Below are positions 41,593 through 50,952 of a DNA stretch of 64,000 nt, piece after piece. The translations under genes and the position numbers were made by a program. Each line of letters opens with the position of its first letter. Positions within the stretch are counted from its first letter, which is position 1. Source of the DNA: an uncultured Clostridia bacterium (GTDB lineage Bacteria > Bacillota > Clostridia > Christensenellales > CAG-314); the NCBI GenBank assembly GCA_947625725.1, contig CANQPI010000001.1:22085-86084 (forward strand), read 5' to 3'. The notes beneath the pieces were generated by a model, which ran no database searches, was not told the DNA's origin, and saw nothing but the letters and a program-made list of their open reading frames with translations.

Positions 41593-42362
41593 TGAAACTT
41601 CTATATGAAGATTTAATGAGTGGCGACGTCATTCCAGTCGAGGGTGTGGGACATATTCGGTCTCCATACCTAAGGGAATTGATGCCGACCAAGGGAATCG
41701 GCACTTGGCGATACAACATTTATTTGAACGTGCTGGAGTGGGATAAAGAGAGTATCTTGAAAGCAGACTTTTTTTCCCTCGGGAGAAATTCCAAGGCACT
41801 CCAAAACGAAAAACTTAATGCTTTCGACGTTGCCACACTGGTCGAAACAACGAGGGGACTTTTGCTTGAAGCAATGTCTTTTTTTTTAGACCCAAAAGAG
41901 GAAATGGTGTGGAACAAGGAACAGCGACTATTTGAAGTACATCTCAAAGAGGACGGTTCCATTATCGGGCAAATAACCCGTGATAATTTTGACGAAGTTA
42001 GACACTTGATGTTGCAGATGAACTATATAGGGTTGGGAGAAGAGGCAGCCAAACCGACCAAGTTTACATCTCGCAAGGCAAAAGAACTTTGGGAGCAAGC
42101 GCAGAAGCATTTGCAGGCTTCGAAGGCCAAGTCAATCAAAGAGAAAAGAATGGAACTTGGCAACATTGTGTCAAAGCTTTGCGCCGTTCCAAGCGGCTAT
42201 ACTTTGTTGAATATATACGATTTAACCGTATTTCAACTTTATGATCAATTCTTCCAGTACGGATACATTCGCGCGATGGACTTAAGCGAGCGCGCCTATT
42301 CAATACACGGAGGAAAAGACTTTAAGTTTGAAAACTGGTTGGATCCAATTCTAAAAAAATAA
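41592..42362 (+). CDS. hypothetical tail/neck protein
   Basis: 256-aa ORF with TGATG overlap. Confidence 0.6.
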   Translation: MKLLYEDLMSGDVIPVEGVGHIRSPYLRELMPTKGIGTWRYNIYLNVLEWDKESILKADFFSLGRNSKALQNEKLNAFDVATLVETTRGLLLEAMSFFLDPKEEMVWNKEQRLFEVHLKEDGSIIGQITRDNFDEVRHLMLQMNYIGLGEEAAKPTKFTSRKAKELWEQAQKHLQASKAKSIKEKRMELGNIVSKLCAVPSGYTLLNIYDLTVFQLYDQFFQYGYIRAMDLSERAYSIHGGKDFKFENWLDPILKK

Positions 42363-42374
42363 GGAGAAATAAAA

Positions 42375-42941
42375 ATGCCATCTACAAACAAGACGAAACT
42401 TGCCAACAGATATGGCTTGAACTTGTATTTTTACAAGTATGGCGCGGCCGAAAACGATTACACCGACCCTAGCAAAGCGCTTGCCGTTATCGATTTCGCA
42501 AACGAAATTTCCTTTGAGCTGAGCGGCGACTTGGTTTGGGCAACTGGCGGCCGCGGACATAAGCGTCTGATTGGTTTCAGAGATCCCTACGAGGGAACGA
42601 TGACCATTTCTACGCAAATCACCAACGACGTGTTGCTTGACATTCTTACGGGCGGCGACGGTTCTGAAGCCGGTCGTAGCCACGTGTTTAAGAACACCGA
42701 CGACACCAACAACTACTTTGAAATCAGGGGCTACACCGTTTACAAAGGAGAAGGTGGGGAAGTCGTTTACGAGAAACTCATTGCTCACAAAGCAATGGTC
42801 AGCCCGTCTTACAGTATGAGCTACACCGGGGAAGGCGATCCTCAAAGCATCGACATCGAATTTCAACTTGCCGCCGACGACAAAGAGCAGGTTCTTACGC
42901 TTGAGCGCGCAGATGAAACCGAGGAGCCCACTGCGGAATAG
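42375..42941 (+). CDS. major tail protein (positional call)
   Basis: 188 aa, strong RBS, followed by a terminator-like hairpin, upstream of the chaperone and tape-measure genes. Confidence 0.5.
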   Translation: MPSTNKTKLANRYGLNLYFYKYGAAENDYTDPSKALAVIDFANEISFELSGDLVWATGGRGHKRLIGFRDPYEGTMTISTQITNDVLLDILTGGDGSEAGRSHVFKNTDDTNNYFEIRGYTVYKGEGGEVVYEKLIAHKAMVSPSYSMSYTGEGDPQSIDIEFQLAADDKEQVLTLERADETEEPTAE

Positions 42942-42961
42942 TCTGTTGACTACAAAATCTT

Positions 42962-43003
42962 GATATCGCCACGGGGAGACCTGTGGCGGTATCTTCTTTA
43001 TTT
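42962..43003 (+). terminator. intrinsic terminator/attenuator after the major tail gene
   Basis: GATATCGCCAC-10 nt-GTGGCGGTATC (11 bp, one G-U) followed by TTCTTTATTT. Confidence 0.55.
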
Positions 43004-43465
43004 ATGGTACGGAAATCCAAATACAACACAGGAGATATCACTAAACGTACATACAATGGCGTGATCTACGATAGCGCACTTGAAATCAAGTATTTGCGCG
43101 AAGTAATTGAGCCGGGCATGGCGGCAGGTGATATTGCCTACTGGGAACGTCAAAAAAAATACATCTTGCAAGACGGATTTACGTATAGGGGTAAGCGCGT
43201 ATTGCCAATCACTTATGTCGCTGACTTCTATGTAGTATTTGCCGATGGACGCGAACAGGTCGTGGACACCAAAGGGTGTGCAGACCCGAAAGCACTAATC
43301 AAGAGAAAAATGTTTTGGTTTAGATACCCCGATATAGATTATTTGTGGGCAGCTTATTCCCGCATCGACGGGGGATGGATGGATTATGATGCAGTTCAAC
43401 ATAATCGGTCAATACGAAGAAAAGCCAAAAAGGAAAATTCAAAAAAGGAGAACAAGGATTTATGA
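43004..43465 (+). CDS. DUF1064-like PD-(D/E)xK nuclease
   Basis: KSKYNTG..YDSALEIKYL..ITYVADFYV..QVVDTKG pattern; no obvious RBS. Confidence 0.55.
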   Translation: MVRKSKYNTGDITKRTYNGVIYDSALEIKYLREVIEPGMAAGDIAYWERQKKYILQDGFTYRGKRVLPITYVADFYVVFADGREQVVDTKGCADPKALIKRKMFWFRYPDIDYLWAAYSRIDGGWMDYDAVQHNRSIRRKAKKENSKKENKDL

Positions 43466-44073
43466 ACAATCAAGAAACAAACGCGCAAGAATCCGTACAA
43501 CCCATCGCGTTTTTGGTAAAAGAACCCATTCGTGTGCTCTATAAACCTAACGATGAACAAGAGGGAACCTACATTACAATCTATCCGCAAATAGACATCA
43601 AGACGAGAATGCAAGCGGCAGAACGCATAGCGGAAACTGTTTTCCCCCACGATGCGGAAAGCATTGAAGAATATGCGCCGGCGACATTGCAGTTTGAACA
43701 GCGTTACGAAATTGTAAAGGCGTTTACCGATTTTGCATTGCCGGAAAACGTTGAGGACATATGGCCAATTTTAATGTATACGTCTATTTACGATACAGTT
43801 GTGCGCTACGTCGGGGAGTGGCAGGTACTCGAGATATTCAAAGACGCAGATTGTTTGATTGAGGCGCGTAAGGAAAACATTGTACACAAAACGGAAATAA
43901 CGAAATTGCTTACTGCCGCGGCAGATAAGTTTGGAGAGGTAGCATCTCAATTCTCCAAAGACGACATCCAGAAACTATTGGATGTAGTTAAGCAAATGTC
44001 TGATTTTTCGCCGGAAGCGTTGGTGAAAGCGGTGACACAGGCGCAAGGGATGCAAGGAAATAAAACAGAATAA
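43462..44073 (+). CDS. hypothetical protein (possible tail assembly chaperone)
   Basis: 203 aa, acidic, AAGGAG RBS. Confidence 0.45.
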   Translation: MNNQETNAQESVQPIAFLVKEPIRVLYKPNDEQEGTYITIYPQIDIKTRMQAAERIAETVFPHDAESIEEYAPATLQFEQRYEIVKAFTDFALPENVEDIWPILMYTSIYDTVVRYVGEWQVLEIFKDADCLIEARKENIVHKTEITKLLTAAADKFGEVASQFSKDDIQKLLDVVKQMSDFSPEALVKAVTQAQGMQGNKTE

Positions 44074-44120
44074 TCTCAGGACGGCGCTCCCAGAAGCTCG
44101 TTCTGAAAGGGAGCAACAGA

Positions 44121-44438
44121 ATGTTACAAACACTTCAAATAATAAGTCTAATCATTGGTGTAACCAACAGCCTTTTCATCGGATTGGTGGCTTTATGCAA
44201 GCCGTTTCGTAATTGGTTTTTAGAGCGCTATCGCGGTCGCGAGACGGATAAGTGTCTGCTTCGTGACAGGATAACGCACATTTATTACAAATACCACACG
44301 ACACAAAAGATACCCCAATATGATTACGACAACCTTGACAGGCTATATCAACAATACAAAAAACTCGGTGGCAACTCTTTTGTCGATAAGATTTGGGCTG
44401 AGATACAAGACCAGTGGGAAGTCACTAAAAATCAATAA
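44121..44438 (+). CDS. small membrane-anchored protein
   Basis: N-terminal TM segment (IISLIIGVTNSLFIGLVAL). Confidence 0.55.
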   Translation: MLQTLQIISLIIGVTNSLFIGLVALCKPFRNWFLERYRGRETDKCLLRDRITHIYYKYHTTQKIPQYDYDNLDRLYQQYKKLGGNSFVDKIWAEIQDQWEVTKNQ

Positions 44439-44461
44439 TATTTTTCCGGAGGGGGACATGT

Positions 44462-45016
44462 ATGAGCAATATGATTAGTGAGCGGGCAATTATGGAACTC
44501 GTGCAGAAGTATGCCGTGTCCCCCGCAGGAAGAAAAAAGATTCGAGAGAAAACAGGATGGGTTTATAGCGAGCACCCAGAGCGCGACTTGATTGCGTATG
44601 GAGAAAAGATGAAGATTGTTTTGCTAAAACATATTGTGCCGCTAATTCACTCAATAACAGCAGATGATATTATAGTCCAACCGCCGCAGATGATAAATGG
44701 AGTTTGGGGCATTAAACTAGCATTTCGCAAGGGTAGCTTGAGAAGGAAGTCCTTGATATATGATGAACTGAGCCGCGGTATAAACAATATCGTCTTACTT
44801 TTCGCAAAGGGCTATCACGCCAGTATGCAGGTTGAAGGTATGTGGAACGTTGGCTCGGCAGAGAATCCAAACTACATCCACGTTAAGAGTAGGCAAGACA
44901 GACCGGCCAATAGTTTTTTGTTGGATGCTGTCAAGGAATTTAATGCTACGGAAGGTGGCGGCATTGCCACGGCATTGCTCCTTGGAGAATACAAGAAGGC
45001 TTCCGAAACTAACTAA
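44462..45016 (+). CDS. hypothetical protein
   Basis: 184-aa ORF with GGAGGGGG RBS. Confidence 0.6.
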   Translation: MSNMISERAIMELVQKYAVSPAGRKKIREKTGWVYSEHPERDLIAYGEKMKIVLLKHIVPLIHSITADDIIVQPPQMINGVWGIKLAFRKGSLRRKSLIYDELSRGINNIVLLFAKGYHASMQVEGMWNVGSAENPNYIHVKSRQDRPANSFLLDAVKEFNATEGGGIATALLLGEYKKASETN

Positions 45017-45070
45017 GAGTATTCGCTCGCCAGGTGCGAGTTTTAATAAATTTCAAAAGGAGGGCTAATC

Positions 45071-48000
45071 GTGCCACAAACAAGTAATACGCCAAACGAA
45101 GCGATTGGCATAATGTTTAAGGTCTACGGTAATGGAAGTATCGTAGGAAACAGCTCGGGCGCATTGATCAAGCGGCAACTGAAAGAGATAGTCGCACAGA
45201 TAAATGCAAAGCCCTTCGGCATTAAGATACAAGTAGATAAAAGCTATTTCGCCAAACAACTATCGGGCATCAAAAAGGAAATAGAAAAGCAACTTGGGAC
45301 GTTGCCTCTGCAAATTAACCCAACCGCTAATACAAAAAATTCGGGAGGCAACAGCAATGGCGGCAATAGTGCCGGCAGTAAAGCGGCAGATGCCCAGGTT
45401 GAAAAGACACTTGAACGAATATATGCTCTTCGTCTCAAAATATATAAATTACAGAGCAAAGGCGAGGGTGATTCTATTGCCTCGGTGCAAACAAGAAATC
45501 AACTTAAACAACTTGAAGAAAGCGTCCAAAAAGGCTATCAAGGGTTGAGCGATGAGCAAAAGGCATCCCTCGAGAGTTATAATAGCCAGCTGGATATAGC
45601 GCTAAAATCTGAAGAAGAGCGTCTCGGAGTTGCTCGCCAATTGACCGAGGAACTTAAGGCGCAGAAAGCTTTCGCCAATGGGATGGAGCGTGCAAAACTT
45701 AGCGACAGAATGGAGTCGCTTTACACGCAAAACGCTGATGTTCTTGCACGAAGCCCTGAGGCTAAGGGGCTTGTTGACGACTTAAAAAGGGATGTCACGG
45801 CAGCTCTAGGCAAGAGAGATCAGTTACCGAAGGATGAGCTACGCGCATTAAGTCAACGCATTGTTGAAGTTAGTGCTAAGGTTAAAGAATGTGGAACTCA
45901 AACGGACACCCTAGGGAATAAATTCAAAGAAACATTTGCGAGCAAGGCTTTACAGCGTATTGCGAATATCGCACTGATGTTTATTGCTCAAGCACTTCGT
46001 CAAGTATACACTAATGTTAAAGAAATCGACGATGCAATGACGCAGCTTAAAATTGTTACAAGGGATAGCGCGAAGGCGTATCGTGATTTTGCGGATGATA
46101 TTGCGAAGTCTGCGCAAGAAATTGGTGCAAGTATAACTGATCTTATCAATTCCACTACGGTTTATGCGAGGTTGGGCTACTCTCTCAAAGAGGCTGCTAC
46201 GTTAGCAAAGGCTACAACAATTTATAGCAATGTTGCCAGCACGAGCGTGGGGGATGCAACCACAAATATCACCGCCATTATAAAGGCTTTTGGCATCGAG
46301 GCAAGCAGTGTTGAGGATGTATTAGACCAACTTGTATACGTTGGCAATCACTTTGCAATAAGCTCCGCGGAAATTGGCGAGGGCATGAACAATGCTGCGA
46401 GTGCACTTGCCGCCAACGGAAACACATTACAAGAAGCTATTGGTATTTTGACGGCAGCCAACGTAACCGTCCAAAACGTAAGTAAATCTTCTACGGGCGT
46501 GCGCACAATTGCCGCGCGTATTTCTCGAAGCCTTACTGAACTTGACGAATTGGGAGAGGATGTCGGCGATGTATACTCGACTGCTAAGCTCGATAGCGAA
46601 ATGAGGGCACTAGGTGTTGCAATTACGACGGCGAATGGTGAGTTGCGTTCCACATATGATATTTTGGCGGATTTGTCTGAGCGCTGGGAAGAGTACACAG
46701 ATACCGAGCGCGCGGCTATTGCGGAAATGCTAGCGGGAACACGTCAACAAAACGTATTTTACAGCATAATGCAAAACTGGGGAGATGCTACGCGGGTTGT
46801 CAAGGATGCCTCTTTGGCGACGGGGACGCTCCAAAAATCGCAAGAGATATATCTTGACTCCATTGAAGGCAAATCGCAAAGGCTTAAAGCAACCTGGGAG
46901 CAATTTTCTCAGGATTTACTAGATAGTGCCATAGTCAAATTTTTCGTTGACTTACTCGATTGGATTGGGGGCGTTTTGGATGGAATTATTTCACTTGGAG
47001 ATGGCGCAGTTTCGAAAATTGGTTTGATTGCTGCTGCACTTGCAGGACTCATGGCGATGTTAACCAAGTTAACCCCGCGCATAGCGACGCTTATTGAGAA
47101 TTTTAGAGCTATTAGGGACATGGCGACACAACTTGGTGGCAAAGGAGCGGCGCTTAAGGGCTGGATACTAGACATTGGCTTGGCCTTAAAAGATTTCATG
47201 GCGAAAAATGGGCCATTGTTAATTATTACAACAATCATCACTCTAATGACTACCCTCGAGGGAAAAGTGAAAGGCTCTGTCGAGCTAATAGTTGGGTTTA
47301 TTACCTTACTAACGGTCGTAGTCGTTGCCGCAATAAAAACAATAGACGGAGCCATAAAGAACTTTCTGGAAACGAACATAGTAGGATGGGTTTTAGTCGT
47401 CCTAACTGCGGTGGTCGCGATGATAAAGGGAATCGCCGATTTAATCAAGGAGTGCAATCCCTCTTTTGATGAGCTTAAAGACAGAGCAAAAGAAGCAAAA
47501 GAAGCCTGGGAAGAAGCCGGAAAGGCTATCGAGGAAACAAAAGATAAACTTGAGGAAGTAGCAAAGCAGATAGATGAACTCAACGCGAAGGATTCATTGA
47601 CATTTATTGACGAGCAACAACTTGCCGCTCTTAAACAAGAGGAAGCCCAGCTAAAAATGCTTCGAGAAATACAAGAGGCGACGGCAAAGCAGTACCAAAA
47701 GTCAAGTGTGGCGGCAACGCGCGATGCTATGGACGTTCTCAACGGCAAAGTTAAGAATGGTCAAAGGGACAACCCTGGTTGGGCGGCAGTCGTCGGCTTT
47801 TTCACTCTCGGCATAGGCAACGCTATATGGGCGGGGGCTGACGCCGCTAAGGAAACGCTTTCAGAGGCTACGGATCGTATACTCTCAGACTGGGAAAACG
47901 CCACAGACGAAGAGCGTAATCAGGTCTTGGAGTATATGCAGCAACAAGAGGAACTCCTGCAAGGCTATGAATATCAGATGCCTGAAGTGGATGCCGATGG

Positions 48001-50059
48001 TAATATCAAAGAGCTCGAAGACTGGCAGAAGGCAGTTAACCAAATGCTTGATGAGTCATATGGGGCCCAAGAAAAATATGCGGTTGCGACCGGCAATTAT
48101 GCCGCGGCATGGGAAGCGGTCTTTTCAAGACTTCAATACCAGACAGCAATAACCAAATTGACCGATCTCGCTAATTCGTTCAAAAATACGGCGTTAATCA
48201 CCGGAGAGACAATCCAAAACCTCTACGATGAGGACGGGGAAATAAAAGGGTTTTTGGAACACCTTAAGGATGTTGGTCTGTGGGACGGCACCAACATGGA
48301 GCAAATCGCGACGGTCGTAAGGTCGTTGCGAACAGGAATGGAGCAGATTCCCCAGCTATCACTTGCAGACGATATCGAGCAGATGACCGACAAGTTTGAG
48401 GCCTTGAGTAATGCGCTTGAAGAGGTAAATTCCACTGGTGTAATGACGCTCGACACCTTGGCTAAACTGGCAAAAGATTATCCAACGCTGCTTCGCACAT
48501 ATTTTATCAACACAAATGATGGATATATGTTGCGCGATGAGTACAAAAACGTCTCTTCATACGACATTTTAGAAGGAATGGCTGTCGACTCAGTAAAAGA
48601 ATATGCTAAGCAGTTGAAAGAGCAGCAAGATATTTTGGCGGGGTTAAAACCTGAAGACGACGACTATGCCACGGCTTTACGCAATGTAGCCATCGCCCAA
48701 GACAACCTCAACAACAAGACTCTCGAGTGGGCGTCATTACTTCGCGAGGCTAAGATTGCGGAAGAAAAGGAACGCTTAGAGGAAGAAAAAGAACGCCTTG
48801 AGGAACAACTCGACCTTTACAAAAGCCTAGTAGATATACGGAAAGACCTGCTTGAAACATACGAGGAAGAAACCAAGCACCAAAAAGAACTTGCTAAGAA
48901 ACAGATGAATGTGAGCAATCTTCGTACGCAGCTTTCTTTGCTTCGTATGGATAATTCTGCTGAAGGGCAGGCACGCGCCAGAGAATTAGAAGCACAACTC
49001 AAAGAGGCTCAGGAAGAGCTCGACGAATACGTGCTTGAAGATGCCGTCAGCGACATCGTGCAGTCTCTTGACGATCAATACGCCGAGTACGAATCGTTCA
49101 TCAACAGCGAGGTGGATAGAATTTCTGCACAGATTGAGGAACTAGCAAAGACCATACGCGATGTATTACAGGAAGCCTTGAATGGGGATTCTAATGGAGA
49201 AGAATTTACGCTCCCCGGTCAAACAACCAATGCCTCTGCCACGGAGATTAACGATTTGTATCGTGCTTTGCATGATAAGCCTATTAACGCCGACAACCCC
49301 GATGCTGATGGGAATGTTCAAAAGTTTATGAGCGCGGCAGCTGCCGGTAACTCGGTTGAAGCAGACCAATACTACAATGACGCCAAGGAGTTTTTGAACA
49401 ACTACAAAGAGCAAAAGCCCACAGGTAGTGGTGGCGATGGCGTCGATTGGAGTGGTGTTTCGGTTAAGAGAGGCTCAAGTTGGGCCTTAGGACAAAGGGT
49501 GACTATCAACTTTGGCGGGAAGGACTTTTCTGCAAGACTCGCGAGATACGCGACTTCGAAAGAAATACGCAATGGGTTAAGCAACATGCCAGATATGAGC
49601 GCGGGCGTTCACGACGGACGATTGTTTATACACGAGAAGGGCGGCTCAACGGTGGATTATTTCGCAATGGATCCTTCTAACAAAAATCCACAAGATTATG
49701 GGCTGCTTGTAGATTTGCTTAAAACACATGGGCATATATATCATACAGGCGGATTTGTCGGAGACATCACATCTCTACGTAGCAACGAAGAGTTCGCTAA
49801 GCTTCTCAAGGGCGAGCATGTCTCTACTCCCGCTCAAATGGACACTTTTATGCGCAAGACTTTGCCGAAGCTCATCGGCTACACTCCGAATGGGGGCGGG
49901 ACAATTAACAACAACGCTCCCCTCGTTGAAATAAGGTGTGGGGAGGTTTCGCCCGAAACTATGCCGCAATTAAGACGGCTTGTCGATGATGCTGCCGATG
50001 AGGTGTACCGTCGTATGGAAGATGCGCTCGGCAGGACGGGCTACAAGAAAAAATATTAA
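45071..50059 (+). CDS. tail tape measure protein
   Basis: 1662 aa, GTG start after GGAGGG; coiled-coil-rich, hydrophobic central segment; TP901-type core (..AIAEMLAGTRQQNVFYSIMQNW). Confidence 0.9.
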   Translation: MPQTSNTPNEAIGIMFKVYGNGSIVGNSSGALIKRQLKEIVAQINAKPFGIKIQVDKSYFAKQLSGIKKEIEKQLGTLPLQINPTANTKNSGGNSNGGNSAGSKAADAQVEKTLERIYALRLKIYKLQSKGEGDSIASVQTRNQLKQLEESVQKGYQGLSDEQKASLESYNSQLDIALKSEEERLGVARQLTEELKAQKAFANGMERAKLSDRMESLYTQNADVLARSPEAKGLVDDLKRDVTAALGKRDQLPKDELRALSQRIVEVSAKVKECGTQTDTLGNKFKETFASKALQRIANIALMFIAQALRQVYTNVKEIDDAMTQLKIVTRDSAKAYRDFADDIAKSAQEIGASITDLINSTTVYARLGYSLKEAATLAKATTIYSNVASTSVGDATTNITAIIKAFGIEASSVEDVLDQLVYVGNHFAISSAEIGEGMNNAASALAANGNTLQEAIGILTAANVTVQNVSKSSTGVRTIAARISRSLTELDELGEDVGDVYSTAKLDSEMRALGVAITTANGELRSTYDILADLSERWEEYTDTERAAIAEMLAGTRQQNVFYSIMQNWGDATRVVKDASLATGTLQKSQEIYLDSIEGKSQRLKATWEQFSQDLLDSAIVKFFVDLLDWIGGVLDGIISLGDGAVSKIGLIAAALAGLMAMLTKLTPRIATLIENFRAIRDMATQLGGKGAALKGWILDIGLALKDFMAKNGPLLIITTIITLMTTLEGKVKGSVELIVGFITLLTVVVVAAIKTIDGAIKNFLETNIVGWVLVVLTAVVAMIKGIADLIKECNPSFDELKDRAKEAKEAWEEAGKAIEETKDKLEEVAKQIDELNAKDSLTFIDEQQLAALKQEEAQLKMLREIQEATAKQYQKSSVAATRDAMDVLNGKVKNGQRDNPGWAAVVGFFTLGIGNAIWAGADAAKETLSEATDRILSDWENATDEERNQVLEYMQQQEELLQGYEYQMPEVDADGNIKELEDWQKAVNQMLDESYGAQEKYAVATGNYAAAWEAVFSRLQYQTAITKLTDLANSFKNTALITGETIQNLYDEDGEIKGFLEHLKDVGLWDGTNMEQIATVVRSLRTGMEQIPQLSLADDIEQMTDKFEALSNALEEVNSTGVMTLDTLAKLAKDYPTLLRTYFINTNDGYMLRDEYKNVSSYDILEGMAVDSVKEYAKQLKEQQDILAGLKPEDDDYATALRNVAIAQDNLNNKTLEWASLLREAKIAEEKERLEEEKERLEEQLDLYKSLVDIRKDLLETYEEETKHQKELAKKQMNVSNLRTQLSLLRMDNSAEGQARARELEAQLKEAQEELDEYVLEDAVSDIVQSLDDQYAEYESFINSEVDRISAQIEELAKTIRDVLQEALNGDSNGEEFTLPGQTTNASATEINDLYRALHDKPINADNPDADGNVQKFMSAAAAGNSVEADQYYNDAKEFLNNYKEQKPTGSGGDGVDWSGVSVKRGSSWALGQRVTINFGGKDFSARLARYATSKEIRNGLSNMPDMSAGVHDGRLFIHEKGGSTVDYFAMDPSNKNPQDYGLLVDLLKTHGHIYHTGGFVGDITSLRSNEEFAKLLKGEHVSTPAQMDTFMRKTLPKLIGYTPNGGGTINNNAPLVEIRCGEVSPETMPQLRRLVDDAADEVYRRMEDALGRTGYKKKY

Positions 50060-50113
50060 CATGGGGTGGCAAAAACTTGCCACCCTTTGCAATAAACAGG
50101 AGGAACAAGAGGA

Positions 50114-50935
50114 ATGTTACAAGCAACAGAGTTCACATACGATGGCGTTTACTCTGGGTTATACGGATTAAAAATCGCCACGCTTGACGGAAGTTACATG
50201 GACGAAACCGCTTATGCTACTCCGAATATAACTACGGCGAAATCGCCAAACCAAAAACGGTTTTATTACACGGATTCACAATATGAGAGTCCTCCCACTT
50301 TTAATTTTTCAATTATTAGTCCTACTCCGATTCCCGATGGGGTGCAGCGAGAAATAATGGCGTGGCTAGATAATAGACGTGGGTTTCGCCCACTAATATT
50401 TATGCAGCCCGGACTGGATCAGTATACGTACAATTGCGTTATTACTATCGCGGGAATACACTATCACGCGGGAAATGTGATAGGTTACAATCTGTCAATA
50501 CTTTTCGATTCGCCATATCACTTGAAGGCAACGCGTAATGTCATTGTGACCAGCGACGGGGCTGCGCCAAAAGAGGTGCGCTTGCACAACGGGTCGGATA
50601 TAAGAGATGACTACGTGTACCCCGTGGTCACATTCACTTCGAATGGCACATTTACTTCCGACGGTGGAGTGGCGAATTGTAACATAGAAATAATCAACAC
50701 AACTGACGACAAAGAGAGAAGGTTCGTTTTTGCTGGGCTTGATACAGGCGGCGGCGTGACGTTAACCGTGGACAATGAACGCAAACTAATTACCGGCAAC
50801 AAAGGGGATTTTTATCTCGAAAATTTTGTTGACAAGAAGTGGCTTCGCCTCAGACATGGTGTCAATTACGTGACGGTGAGAGTTAATGGGCAGGCAACAT
50901 TCAGTTATCCCGAATATGCCAAAATCAGATTTTAA
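50114..50935 (+). CDS. distal tail protein (Dit)
   Basis: 273 aa directly after the tape measure gene; N-terminus FTYDGVYSGLYGLKIA typical of siphovirus tail family proteins. Confidence 0.7.
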   Translation: MLQATEFTYDGVYSGLYGLKIATLDGSYMDETAYATPNITTAKSPNQKRFYYTDSQYESPPTFNFSIISPTPIPDGVQREIMAWLDNRRGFRPLIFMQPGLDQYTYNCVITIAGIHYHAGNVIGYNLSILFDSPYHLKATRNVIVTSDGAAPKEVRLHNGSDIRDDYVYPVVTFTSNGTFTSDGGVANCNIEIINTTDDKERRFVFAGLDTGGGVTLTVDNERKLITGNKGDFYLENFVDKKWLRLRHGVNYVTVRVNGQATFSYPEYAKIRF

Positions 50936-50952
50936 GTAAGGAGAGAGAAACG

